Assembly (NCBI GenBank): GCA_963753435.1
Contig: CAVWCF010000001.1
Coordinates: forward strand, 736,001 to 800,000
Length of the DNA stretch: 64,000 nt
Source: an uncultured Actinomycetota bacterium
GTDB lineage: Bacteria > Actinomycetota > Actinomycetes > CAVWCF01
Reading direction: 5' to 3'
Numbering within the stretch: the stretch's first letter is position 1; every line of letters begins with the position of its first letter. Below are positions 1 to 8,879 of this stretch, piece after piece. Made by a program: the position numbers and the translations under genes. A model generated the notes under the pieces. That model did no database searches, was not told the origin of the DNA, and saw only the letters and a program-made list of their open reading frames with translations.

Positions 1-96
1 CGGCAATACGACGAGGGCTCCACGCCGCACCGCAGCCGCCGCCCGGCGGATGAGCGGTTCGCGGGAGCCCGGATCCGTGCAGTCCAGGATCGTCAC
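1..96 (-). CDS. tsaC: L-threonylcarbamoyladenylate synthase (Sua5/YrdC/TsaC), 5' end only; runs off the window
   Basis: Manual translation from GTG at 96 gives [32 protein letters not shown], a typical YrdC N-terminus. GTGA overlap with the prmC stop and the usual position after prmC. Confidence 0.75.
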   Translation of the reverse strand, partial: MTILDCTDPGSREPLIRRAAAAVRRGALVVLP

Positions 97-965
97 CGTC
101 GCCCCCCACTCCACCGCGGGCGCCCGGCCAGGTCCGGTCCGGACTCCAAATCGGTCAGACCCACCTCGGCCAGAACGGCTCGCACCTGGTCGGCCTGCTG
201 CTCGCCGTGCTCGATGACGACCCGCCCACCGGGCCGCAGCAGGCAGGCGGCCTGCTGTGCGACTTGCCGGATGACATCCATGCCGTCGATTCCTCCGAAC
301 AACGCCACCGCTGGATCGTGCTCGGCAGCCTCCGGATCGCGCGGGACCGCGCCGTCGGGGATGTAGGGCGGGTTGCTGATGACCAGATCGACGGCCGCCA
401 CTAACTGCGCCAGTGGACCTTCGGCAATGTCCGCCACCCGGGCGTGGTGGACCTGAACCGTTGATCCGGTGGCCAACAGTTCACGGTGCGCGGCGACGTT
501 GCGGTGCAGCCAGTCGACCGCGACGGGATCGGCCTCGACAGCGTGCACGCTCATGTCGGCGCGCTCACAGGCGATTGCTAAGGCGATTGCCCCGGACCCG
601 GAGCACAGATCCACGACCGTCGCCGGGCTCGTCAGTCGCCCCAGGGCGGCATCCAGCACGGATTCGGTCTCCGGCCGCGGGATGAACACCCCCGGCCCCA
701 CCGCCAGCTCGATGGTGCGAAACGGCGCAGCGCCGGTCAGATGCTGCAGCGGAACCCGCGCAGCCCGCTGCTGAACCAAGTGGTCGAACTCGCGGGCCTG
801 ATCGCCGGACCAGCTGGCCAGGTGAATCGCACCGCGGCGTACGCCCAGGACGTGGGCGGCCAACAGTTCTGCGTCCACCTGCGGGGAGGGCACCCCCGCC
901 GACTTCAGGTCGACGGCAGCAGCTCGTACCGAGGCGGCAACGCTGCTGACCTGGGTGGCGGTCAT
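93..965 (-). CDS. prmC: Release factor glutamine methyltransferase PrmC/HemK
   Basis: [19 protein letters not shown] and NPPY motifs; follows prfA. Confidence 0.97.
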   Translation of the reverse strand: MTATQVSSVAASVRAAAVDLKSAGVPSPQVDAELLAAHVLGVRRGAIHLASWSGDQAREFDHLVQQRAARVPLQHLTGAAPFRTIELAVGPGVFIPRPETESVLDAALGRLTSPATVVDLCSGSGAIALAIACERADMSVHAVEADPVAVDWLHRNVAAHRELLATGSTVQVHHARVADIAEGPLAQLVAAVDLVISNPPYIPDGAVPRDPEAAEHDPAVALFGGIDGMDVIRQVAQQAACLLRPGGRVVIEHGEQQADQVRAVLAEVGLTDLESGPDLAGRPRWSGGRR

Positions 966-2044
966 GACAGGCCGCTTCGGGCAGCGGCATCGGCTTCAAT
1001 GCACGCCTGGATCAGGCTGTCCAGGTCGCCGTCCAAGACGGCGTCGAGGTTGTAGGCCTTGTAGCCGACCCGGTGATCCGAAATCCGGTTCTCGGGGAAG
1101 TTGTAAGTACGCACGCGTTCGGAGCGATCCACGGTTCGGACCTGACTGCGCCGGGCCTCCCCGGCCGCCTCATCGGCAGCCGTCCGGGCCTCCGCCAGTA
1201 GCCGCGCCCGAAGGATGCGCATCGCTTGTTCCCGGTTCTGCAGCTGCGACTTCTCGTTCTGGCAACTGACGACGACGCCGCTGGGAACGTGCGTGATGCG
1301 TACCGCCGAGTCGGTGGTGTTGACGCTTTGCCCACCTGGGCCAGAGGAACGGAAGACGTCGATGCGTAGATCGTTCGGGTCGATCTCGACCTCGACGTCT
1401 TCGGCCTCCGGCAAGACCACCACACCGGCTGCCGACGTGTGGATCCGTCCGGACGATTCGGTAACCGGGACCCGCTGCACCCGGTGCACGCCGCCTTCGT
1501 ACTTAAGCCGCGCGTACACACCCTCATCCGGGCCAACGATGCCGCGGGACTTCACCGCAACTTGTACGTCCTTTACGCCGCCCAGGTCGCTGTCAGCGCT
1601 GCTCAGCACTTCGGTCGTCCAACCGCTGCGCTCGGCGTAGCGCAGGTACATCCGCAGCAGGTCCCCGGCGAACAGCGCCGACTCCTGGCCGCCTTCGCCG
1701 GCCTTTATCTGCAGGATGACGTCCTTGCCGTCGTCCGGGTCGCGCGGCGCCAAGAGCTCGCGCAAGCGCTGCTCGAGAACCTCCCGCTGCTGGGCGAGTT
1801 CCTGAACCTCAGCCCGGAAGGCCGGGTCCTCACTTGCCAACTCCGCGGCTGCGGTCGCGTCGTCGTTCGCCCGAAGCCAGGACTCGTGGGCTGCGGCGAT
1901 CGGTTCCAACTCGGCCGAACGTCGACCCAGGCGCCGCACCTTGGCGGGGTCCGAATGCACCGAGGGGTCGGACAGTTGCCGCTGCAGATCTGCGTACTCG
2001 TCGAGCAGCGCTGGGATGGCCGGGGAGAAGTAGCGATCGCTCAC
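962..2044 (-). CDS. prfA: Peptide chain release factor 1
   Basis: GGQ motif ([16 protein letters not shown]), RF1-specific PVT tripeptide (QRVPVTES), [14 protein letters not shown]. Confidence 0.98.
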   Translation of the reverse strand: MSDRYFSPAIPALLDEYADLQRQLSDPSVHSDPAKVRRLGRRSAELEPIAAAHESWLRANDDATAAAELASEDPAFRAEVQELAQQREVLEQRLRELLAPRDPDDGKDVILQIKAGEGGQESALFAGDLLRMYLRYAERSGWTTEVLSSADSDLGGVKDVQVAVKSRGIVGPDEGVYARLKYEGGVHRVQRVPVTESSGRIHTSAAGVVVLPEAEDVEVEIDPNDLRIDVFRSSGPGGQSVNTTDSAVRITHVPSGVVVSCQNEKSQLQNREQAMRILRARLLAEARTAADEAAGEARRSQVRTVDRSERVRTYNFPENRISDHRVGYKAYNLDAVLDGDLDSLIQACIEADAAARSGLS

Positions 2045-2125
2045 CGGCGACTCCCCCGCTCTGCTCCCGAACGATCAATGCCAACGGCACCGCCGGGATG
2101 CCCCCAGGCGGCGCAGGTGCAGGAG

Positions 2126-2335
2126 CTAAGCCTTCTTGCCGAACCGCTTCTCGAACGCGGCCACGCGGCCACCGGTGTCCAGCAACTTCTGCTTGCCGGT
2201 GTAGAAGGGGTGGCACTGGCTGCAGACCTCGACATGGATGATGCCGTTGGCAGCCGTGCTACGCGTCGTGAAGGTGCTGCCACAGGTGCAGGTCACCTCG
2301 GTCACCGCGTAATCGGGGTGGATATCGGACTTCAC
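2126..2335 (-). CDS. rpmE: 50S ribosomal protein L31 (zinc-binding, C+ type)
   Basis: MKSDIHPDY...CTCG...[13 protein letters not shown]. Confidence 0.98.
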   Translation of the reverse strand: MKSDIHPDYAVTEVTCTCGSTFTTRSTAANGIIHVEVCSQCHPFYTGKQKLLDTGGRVAAFEKRFGKKA

Positions 2336-2344
2336 TGAAAGCTC

Positions 2345-2400
2345 CTAGTCGGGCACCGGGTCGTCTTCCGGGGTGGAGGACGTGAACCGGAGCACCGGCA
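2345..2400 (-). promoter_or_regulatory. Putative actinobacterial L31 (rpmE) leader RNA structure
   Basis: The minus-strand 5' UTR CCGGTTCACGTC...GACGACCCGGTGCC can pair and precedes an AGGAG RBS. It resembles conserved actinobacterial rpmE leaders as I recall them; needs a covariance-model check. Confidence 0.45.
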
Positions 2401-2438
2401 TTCTGCCACCAGGCCTTGGTCCTGGCGAAATCGCGTTC

Positions 2439-3677
2439 TCAGGCCGAGATGAGCTCGGATCGCACCGCCGGGGCGGTGCGGGTGCCCCACCGGTTGTCCG
2501 TGAGCGATCCCAGCGCCCGTAGCCGGACGGGGATGAGCAGGGCCGCGTGCAGGAAGCCGTACAGGACGAAGAAGAAGAACTTCGGGTTGCGGGTTCGGTA
2601 CAGGGCGTAAAGGCAGTGCAGCACCGCCATGATCGCGATGACCGTGAAGTAGAGGACGAGCACCTCGGGCCCGTAGAGGAAGGCCCGCACAATCGTGGCT
2701 GTGACGGCGATGGTGAGCAGCAGCGGCAGGAGGGCCTGAATGAAGACCTCGGTCGCCATCACTCGGGAAAGCCGAGGCAGGAACGACAGGGTCCACAGCA
2801 GCTCGCGGTAGTAGGACTTGTTCCAGCGCAACTGCTGGGTCAAGTAGCTGCGAATGTTCGTTGGCGCGCTGGTGATGCAGTGCGCCTGCGGCACGAAGAC
2901 CGTGCGGAAGCCTTCACCAAGCACCAGGTTCGTCAGATGTCGATCATCGCCGAACGTGCACGGAACTCCGCGGAAGGTCTGGCTGACATACCGGGGCCAG
3001 ACCCGACCCAGCACGTCGCGCCGGTACACGGAGAACGGACCGGAACAGCAGAGCACCGCGCCGAACAAGGAGTGGGCGGCCCGCTCCTGGTTGAACGCGA
3101 CCCAGTAGCGCATGTCGATGAGCAGGGTGAGCAGGTTCGTCCGTGCGTTGGAAACGCGGACATCGCCGGTGACCGCGCCAACGCGGGCATCGGCGAACGG
3201 CTCAATGATCGTCCGGACCCCGTCCGGAGCGATCTGGGTGTCCGAGTCGATGGTCATGATCAGGTCGCCGCAGACGTGCGGCAGCGCAGCGCTTTGGGCG
3301 TGGCGCTTGCCCCGATTCACGTCCGGCAGGTGGATCGTCCAGCCCGGCCGAGCCGAGTACTCGCTAAGCAGCGGTATCAGGTCCTCGCGGTTCGGTGACA
3401 GGTCATCGACCACGTGCACCTCGATCACGCCCGGGTAGTCCTGTGCCAGCAAGGACTCAAAGCACAGCCGCAAGTCATCCGGGTGCTCGTTGTAGACGGG
3501 GATGATGACCGATACGACGGGCCAGGATCCGTGCCACTTCGGCCGTTGCAGCGTTCGCCGCCAGGATCGGTGCGCCATGCCGACCTGCAGGACGAAGTGC
3601 GACACCACCAACACGGTGTAGACGATCAACAGGCCGTCGAGGAAGTTCTTGACCACGGTGGCCAGTAGGCCGCTCAC
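2439..3677 (-). CDS. Processive GT2 glycosyltransferase, NodC / hyaluronan-synthase (HasA)-like
   Basis: IIPVYNE, VVDD, NRGKRHAQ, IDSDT, ERAAHSLFGAVLCCSGP, GDDRHLTN, QQLRWNKS and C-terminal WGTR; one N-terminal and several C-terminal TM segments. Confidence 0.9.
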   Translation of the reverse strand: MSGLLATVVKNFLDGLLIVYTVLVVSHFVLQVGMAHRSWRRTLQRPKWHGSWPVVSVIIPVYNEHPDDLRLCFESLLAQDYPGVIEVHVVDDLSPNREDLIPLLSEYSARPGWTIHLPDVNRGKRHAQSAALPHVCGDLIMTIDSDTQIAPDGVRTIIEPFADARVGAVTGDVRVSNARTNLLTLLIDMRYWVAFNQERAAHSLFGAVLCCSGPFSVYRRDVLGRVWPRYVSQTFRGVPCTFGDDRHLTNLVLGEGFRTVFVPQAHCITSAPTNIRSYLTQQLRWNKSYYRELLWTLSFLPRLSRVMATEVFIQALLPLLLTIAVTATIVRAFLYGPEVLVLYFTVIAIMAVLHCLYALYRTRNPKFFFFVLYGFLHAALLIPVRLRALGSLTDNRWGTRTAPAVRSELISA

Positions 3678-5347
3678 GACGCGATCCCTGAGGCGCTAAT
3701 CAGATCCCGCGCTCGCTGCAGCAGCGCTTCCTGCGGATCGGTATCACCGACGACAACGCTGGTGCCAATAACCCGACCACCAACGCTCAGTGGGCCCGAT
3801 TGCGAACTCGCCATCAGCACCACGCGCTCGTGTCGGATCACGTCGCCGTTTCGGAACGGCCACTCCCAGGAGAGGACGTGCCACGTGCTGCCGCTAGGAG
3901 TACGGAACTCGTAACGCTGGCCGGCGACCCCGCCCAGATCCAACTCCTCGTCGGCGAGCACCTCGTTGTCATGGAACTGGTAGCAGGACGCCAGCGAGTG
4001 TGTCTGCAGTGCCCGTAGGGAATCGGTTGTGATCGAGTCCATCCAGATCGTCGGTGTCGAGGCGGCTGTCGCGCCTACGCCCACCTGCGGCCGGAACTCA
4101 TACCGCATCCAGCGCGAGTCCCCGCCGAAGTAGGCGCGTGCCCATTCCTCTTCACCAAGAGGTGTCACGGACTCCGCGGTGGCCGACATCCGCTGCACTT
4201 GTTCGGCGGCGCTGACGGTGACCGGACCACCCGCGGCGGCACTGCCGCGCATCTGGCCGACGGTGGCGATGTTCACGGCCATGATCAAGGCAGCACCGGT
4301 TCCCAGCGCTAGGAGCCGCAGGACGAGTTGGCGCCGGTCCGGTGCCCCATCTCGCGGTAGCTGCGTGAAGAGGGGGTTGTCGCCGAACCCGGCCTCTCGG
4401 ATGGGCCGCCGAACCAGCCCCATCGGGCCGGCCAAAGCGAGCATGAGCAGGAAGGCCGCGTTCAGGGCCAGCAACCCGGCGACCGGGTGCACCAACCCGA
4501 TCGCGGCATCCTCACCGACAGCTCGACCGATCACCAGGATCGCGACGATTCGGACAACGTTGGCCATGAAGACGACCAACAGGCCCAGTGCGAACCAGGT
4601 GAGCCGGGCCCGGCCGGTGCCACGCAGAACGCTGAAGGATGCGGTGGCCACGACCGCGAAGGCCGCCATGCCCCCCATCCCCGAGCAGGCGCTGGAAACG
4701 ACGACATCGAAGGCGCCATCCGGGGCAGGCACCGTGAGCCGCAGGTCACCCTCCGCGGGCACCGGTGTGGCGATCGGGAAGACGTCCAGAACGCCGCGCA
4801 CGGCCACGCCGGTTGCATTGGTCAACCCGGTGCTGACCAGTTCCAGCAGCGCCGCGTAGGGGACGGGCCAGGCCAAGGCGAGCACGGCGATGGACGGGGC
4901 GAAAGCGAGCAGTGACCGCACCCCGAACAGGAGCGTGAAGGCCGCAACTGCGGTGAACGGCAGCAACAGCAGGTCGAAGCGCAGCACGGCGAAGAAGTTG
5001 CCGGTGCCATGCCAGGACAGCAGCAAGCCGCCGGAAACCAGCAGGGCGCACACGGCGGCCACGTACCAGTCCGCCTTGCCGTGGCGGGCGGTGGAGACGA
5101 AGGGGTGGCGGCGAATGGCCACAACGCTCAGCCCCACCGCGATCAACGGAACGATGGCCAGTTCCGCCAGGGGCGACTGGTACTGCCACGAAGCCAGCAT
5201 CGTCGCGAATGAAGCCGCGCCGGCCGCGGCCACGGCCACCCAGGCGAGCAGCAGGCGCAAGTGCGCCGGGATCAGGTGGGTCGCGGGCGGGTGCAGACTC
5301 AGCCCCGATCGCGGAGGCGTGATCGTGACGTCACGCATCACTGACAC
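3674..5347 (-). CDS. Exosortase/archaeosortase-family protein with C-terminal EpsI-like extracytoplasmic domain
   Basis: Multi-TM N-terminal region with the catalytic-type Cys (VSSACSGMG), Arg (ANVVRI) and His (LVHPVAG). C-terminal soluble domain has HSLASCY, like the EpsI H-x-P-x-x-C-Y motif. GGAGG RBS upstream. Confidence 0.85.
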   Translation of the reverse strand: MSVMRDVTITPPRSGLSLHPPATHLIPAHLRLLLAWVAVAAAGAASFATMLASWQYQSPLAELAIVPLIAVGLSVVAIRRHPFVSTARHGKADWYVAAVCALLVSGGLLLSWHGTGNFFAVLRFDLLLLPFTAVAAFTLLFGVRSLLAFAPSIAVLALAWPVPYAALLELVSTGLTNATGVAVRGVLDVFPIATPVPAEGDLRLTVPAPDGAFDVVVSSACSGMGGMAAFAVVATASFSVLRGTGRARLTWFALGLLVVFMANVVRIVAILVIGRAVGEDAAIGLVHPVAGLLALNAAFLLMLALAGPMGLVRRPIREAGFGDNPLFTQLPRDGAPDRRQLVLRLLALGTGAALIMAVNIATVGQMRGSAAAGGPVTVSAAEQVQRMSATAESVTPLGEEEWARAYFGGDSRWMRYEFRPQVGVGATAASTPTIWMDSITTDSLRALQTHSLASCYQFHDNEVLADEELDLGGVAGQRYEFRTPSGSTWHVLSWEWPFRNGDVIRHERVVLMASSQSGPLSVGGRVIGTSVVVGDTDPQEALLQRARDLISASGIAS

Positions 5348-5377
5348 CTCCGCAGGCCGCTACTCCGATCGGATGAA

Positions 5378-5405
5378 TCTTCGGCTCCTGAGGCACCTGA
5401 CTTGA
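5378..5405 (-). promoter_or_regulatory. Putative sigma-28 (FliA/WhiG)-type promoter for the exosortase-GT genes
   Basis: Minus strand TCAA-N16-GCCGAAGA versus the sigma-28/WhiG consensus TAAA-N15/16-GCCGATAA. Confidence 0.55.
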
Positions 5406-5408
5406 CTG

Positions 5409-5909
5409 TCAGATGGCTGATTGCGAACCGACTGCCCCGCGGCGCCGCAGCCCGAACCAGGCCGCGGCGGTGAGCAGCATCGAGGCGGGCAGCAGGATCG
5501 CGATCGGGGCTTCCGGAAGCTGCGCTGGCGGAGCACACGACGAGACGGTCACCCGGCCCGAGGTGTTGCTTGTGGCTGAGGTCACATCGTCTGCCCGGAC
5601 CCGCCACGCCTTGGCGTCCTTGTGTGCGGACACGTTCAATGCGTAGGCGTAGTCGGTAACCCCGGGCACGGTGGTGACCAGCTGCTGGACCGAGGTGTCC
5701 GACCAGCCGGAGTCCTGCCGCTGCAACGTAAGCACGATCTGCGACCCGGACGGGAAGTTACGCAGCGAGATGGTCCCGCTCAGGGAGTCACCCGCACAGC
5801 TTGCGCCCACGGAACGGACCTCTTTGGGTGCCGCCCAGGCGCTTGCCGGCGCGAACAGGGCGAGCGCAGCGACGATGCCAGCCAGGGCCAACGTGAACGC
5901 ACGTCGCAT
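5409..5909 (-). CDS. Secreted protein with PEP-CTERM-like C-terminal sorting signal (predicted exosortase substrate)
   Basis: ATG at 5909 with GGAGG 8 nt upstream. Signal peptide MRRAFTLALAGIVAALALFAPASAWA, Ser/Thr-rich body with two Cys, tail LPEAP-IAILLPASMLLTAAAWFGL-RRR. Confidence 0.8.
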   Translation of the reverse strand: MRRAFTLALAGIVAALALFAPASAWAAPKEVRSVGASCAGDSLSGTISLRNFPSGSQIVLTLQRQDSGWSDTSVQQLVTTVPGVTDYAYALNVSAHKDAKAWRVRADDVTSATSNTSGRVTVSSCAPPAQLPEAPIAILLPASMLLTAAAWFGLRRRGAVGSQSAI

Positions 5910-5946
5910 CCGCGGCACCTCCAAAACCTGTCGCAACTCTCTGCAG

Positions 5947-5974
5947 TTGTCGGCGCGACGGCTGCGGGGCTTGA
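5947..5974 (-). promoter_or_regulatory. Putative sigma-28 (FliA/WhiG)-type promoter for the sorted-protein gene
   Basis: Minus strand TCAA-N16-GCCGACAA, about 37 nt upstream of the ATG at 5909. Confidence 0.6.
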
Positions 5975-5991
5975 GCGCTTAGGGCGGCGAA

Positions 5992-6033
5992 CGCGAGGAG
6001 GGCCCCGACCAGCAGGTCGGGGCCCTCCTCGCG
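5992..6033 (-). terminator. GC-rich hairpin downstream of rho (probable terminator)
   Basis: Perfect 19-bp stem CGCGAGGAGGGCCCCGACC-AGCA-GGTCGGGGCCCTCCTCGCG, 13 nt after the rho stop; U-tract weak. Confidence 0.75.
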
Positions 6034-6046
6034 GACAGGTGTGGTC

Positions 6047-7819
6047 TTACTCCTCGTCACCGTTCATTCCCGGCGTGGTCTGGGCCACGCTCATCAGGAA
6101 CTGACGGTTGGTGGGTGCCTCGCGCAGCTTGTTCAGCAGCAACTCAATGGCCTGCTGTGTCTCCAGTGCATGCAGCACGCGCCGCAGTTTCCAGGTGACC
6201 TTCAACTCGTCGGAGCCCATGAGGAGCTCTTCCTTGCGGGTGCCGGAGGAGTCCACATCCACGGCCGGGAAGATGCGCTTGTCGGCCAGCCGCCGGTCCA
6301 GCTTGAGCTCCATGTTTCCGGTGCCCTTGAACTCCTCGAAGATGACCTCGTCCATCTTTGACCCGGTCTCCACCAGCGCGGTGGCCAGCACCGTTAGGGA
6401 GCCACCGTTCTCGATGTTGCGGGCCGCACCGAAGAAGCGCTTGGGCGGGTACAGGGCGCTGGAGTCGACGCCACCGGACAGGATTCGCCCGGACGCGGGT
6501 GCCGACAGGTTGTAGGCCCGCCCCAGGCGGGTCATGGAGTCCAAAAGAACTACGACGTCGTGGCCCATCTCGACCAGCCGCTTGGCGCGTTCGATCGCCA
6601 ACTCGGCAACCGTGGTGTGGTCATCGGCAGGACGGTCGAAGGTCGAGGAGATGACCTCACCCTTGACGGTGCGCTGCATGTCGGTGACTTCTTCGGGACG
6701 CTCGTCCACGAGGACCACCATCAGGTGGACCTCCGGGTTGTTCTCGGTGATCGCGTTGGCGATGGACTGCAGCACCATCGTCTTGCCGGCCTTCGGGGGC
6801 GAGACGATCAGGCCGCGCTGACCCTTGCCGATCGGCGCCACGAGGTCGATGACTCGAGTGGTCAAGTCGCTGCTGGCCGTCTCCAACCGCAGCCGTTCGT
6901 TCGGGTACAGCGGCGTCAACTTGCTGAAGTCAACTCGGTCCCGGACCCCGTCCGGGGCCAGGCCGTTGACCGTGTCCACCCGGACGAGCGGGTTGAACTT
7001 CTCGCGGCGCTCACCCTCGCGCGGCTGTCGCACGGCCCCGGTGAGCGCATCGCCCTTGCGCAGCCCCATGCGGCGCACGAGGCCCATCGGGACATAGCAG
7101 TCGTCCGGGCCCGGCAGGTAGCCGCTGGTACGCAGGAATCCGTAGTTCTCCCGGATGTCGAGGATGCCGGCGACGGGCACCAGCACGTCGTCCTCGCCCA
7201 GAACTGGCTCATCGTCGCGACCTCGGCGGGCGCCCCGATCGCGGTCGCGGTCTCGGTCCCGACCCCGGTCGCGGTCACGGCCACGACGGCGCCGGCGGTT
7301 ACCGCGGTCGTCATCACGGGGGCCGCGGGAGTCGTCGTCGCGGGGGCCACGGGAGTCGTCGTCGCGGTCACGACCACGGTCCCGGTCGCCACGGTCGGAC
7401 TGGTTGCGGTCTGACTGGTTGCGGTCGGACTGGTTGCGGTCGGACTGGTTGCGGTCGCGGCCGGACTGCTGGCGGCCGGATTGCCCGTCGTTTCCAGCCT
7501 CGCGCTCACGTCCGCGCGGCCGGCTGGCCGCAGTCGACGGCTCATCGCCGGCAGGGGCGGACTCGCTGCTGCGGGAGTCGGTGCGGGCGGAGTCACGGCG
7601 TCCGGACTCGCTGCGCCCTGATTCGCTGCGCGCGGACTCGCTGCGACCAGAGTCCCGGCTGCCGCCGGCCTCGATGGCCGCAATCAGGTCGCCCTTGCGG
7701 AGCCGCTTGGCGCCAGCGATCCCCAGACCGCTGGCCATCTCCTGCAACTCGGGCAACTTCTTGCTGGACAGAGAGCCGCCGGACTTCGATCCGCGGGTCT
7801 CAGTATTGGTGTCGCTCAC
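6047..7819 (-). CDS. rho: Transcription termination factor Rho with N-terminal low-complexity insertion
   Basis: [41 protein letters not shown]. Confidence 0.98.
   Translation of the reverse strand: MSDTNTETRGSKSGGSLSSKKLPELQEMASGLGIAGAKRLRKGDLIAAIEAGGSRDSGRSESARSESGRSESGRRDSARTDSRSSESAPAGDEPSTAASRPRGREREAGNDGQSGRQQSGRDRNQSDRNQSDRNQSDRNQSDRGDRDRGRDRDDDSRGPRDDDSRGPRDDDRGNRRRRRGRDRDRGRDRDRDRDRGARRGRDDEPVLGEDDVLVPVAGILDIRENYGFLRTSGYLPGPDDCYVPMGLVRRMGLRKGDALTGAVRQPREGERREKFNPLVRVDTVNGLAPDGVRDRVDFSKLTPLYPNERLRLETASSDLTTRVIDLVAPIGKGQRGLIVSPPKAGKTMVLQSIANAITENNPEVHLMVVLVDERPEEVTDMQRTVKGEVISSTFDRPADDHTTVAELAIERAKRLVEMGHDVVVLLDSMTRLGRAYNLSAPASGRILSGGVDSSALYPPKRFFGAARNIENGGSLTVLATALVETGSKMDEVIFEEFKGTGNMELKLDRRLADKRIFPAVDVDSSGTRKEELLMGSDELKVTWKLRRVLHALETQQAIELLLNKLREAPTNRQFLMSVAQTTPGMNGDEE
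7307..7367. repeat. 24-bp tandem repeat (about 2.5 copies) encoding RDDDSRGP in the Rho insertion
   Basis: gtcgtcatcacgggggccgcggga / gtcgtcgtcgcgggggccacggga / gtcgtcgtcgcgg. Confidence 0.8.
7397..7456. repeat. 15-bp tandem repeat x4 encoding DRNQS in the Rho insertion
   Basis: (g/t)gactggttgcggtc repeated four times. Confidence 0.9.
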
Positions 7820-7980
7820 TCGGTGTCCTTCATGGAGCGTGGATGGGAAGCACCCGTGACTTGGGTCACTCGCGTTCGGTCACTGTCGACTCCGAACATT
7901 GCCAAGAGTCGAGGGAAGGTGACTGCGGAGAGCACCGGCCAGAACCGGCCCGGGTGCTGCCACAGCATACCACCCCGGCG

Positions 7981-8878
7981 TCAGGCGTCCTCGACAACCG
8001 CCCCGCGTGCCGGGGAAAGCACCCGCGCCGCGACCCCTTCCGGTGCCGTTGCGGCAATCGCGTCCAACTCGCCGGCGGCAGTGCTCAGCACCAGCACAGT
8101 GGGGCCGGCCCCGGAGATGAACGCAGCATGCCCGGCCGATCGCAATCTCTGCACCAGCACCATCGATTCGGGGTACGCGCCGGTACGAGCGTCCTGGTGC
8201 AACCGGTCGGCAGTGGCCGCGAAGAGCAGACCAGGTTTGGCGGTCATGGCGATCGGCAGGAGAGCGGCCCGGGCCGCGTTGGCAGTGGCGGTCTCGAACG
8301 GGACCGCCGCGGGAAGCAGCGCACGCGCGACTTCGGTGGAAACCTCCACCGCTGGGATCAGCGCAAGCGCGCGGATCTGCTCGTGCACCGGCAAGGAAAT
8401 CGCCTCGCTTGCGCCGGCCTCGGACCACGCCAGGGTGAATCCGCCGAGAAGGCAGGCGGCCACGTTGTCCGGATGACCCTCCAACTCCGCCGCCAGCGGG
8501 AGAGCCGATTCCGGGGAGGTGTCCGCACCGGCCAAGTGCCGGGCCAGCAGGACGCCGCAGGTGATGGCCGCGGCGGAAGACCCGAGACCACGTCCGTGCG
8601 GGATCCGGTTGGTGGCCCGAAGCCGTAGGCCGGGGACGGCAAAGCCCAAATCCGCCGCTGTCCGTTGCAGGGTGGCCACAACCAGATGCCGATCGTCCAA
8701 CGGCACGGTGTCGGCGCCCTCGCCGACGACTCTCCACGTCAATCTGGTCCGCGATGACTTCGACCGCCACCTCGTCGACGAGGTCCAGCGCCAGTCCGGC
8801 TACGTCGAAACCCGGGCCCAGGTTCGCGCTGGTCGCCGGGGCGCGGACGACAGCGCGGGCGCCGATCGGCAGGTCCAC
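7981..8878 (-). CDS. thrB: Homoserine kinase, interrupted by a +1 frameshift near 8731
   Basis: N-terminal PATSANLGPGFD is in one frame from GTG 8878; IPHGRGLGSS, EGHPDNVA and ISGAGPT are in another. Junction reads GAC GTG GAG [A] GTC GTC GGC GAG. Confidence 0.92.
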
Positions 8879-8879
8879 C

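Noticed and set aside
2439-3677. Calling the GT a true nodulation gene (nodC) or hasA
   Set aside because: No nodA/nodB or hasB/hasC context and the motifs are mixed; the product cannot be assigned from sequence alone.
2400-6040. Accessory cassette as a mobile element or genomic island
   Set aside because: No integrase, transposase, terminal repeats or target-site duplication visible.
7307-7456. Short direct repeats that could suggest a CRISPR array
   Set aside because: Tandem with no spacers, in frame within rho, and no cas genes nearby.
8720-8745. Programmed ribosomal frameshifting in thrB
   Set aside because: No slippery sequence or precedent; a second indel in rne points to assembly error.
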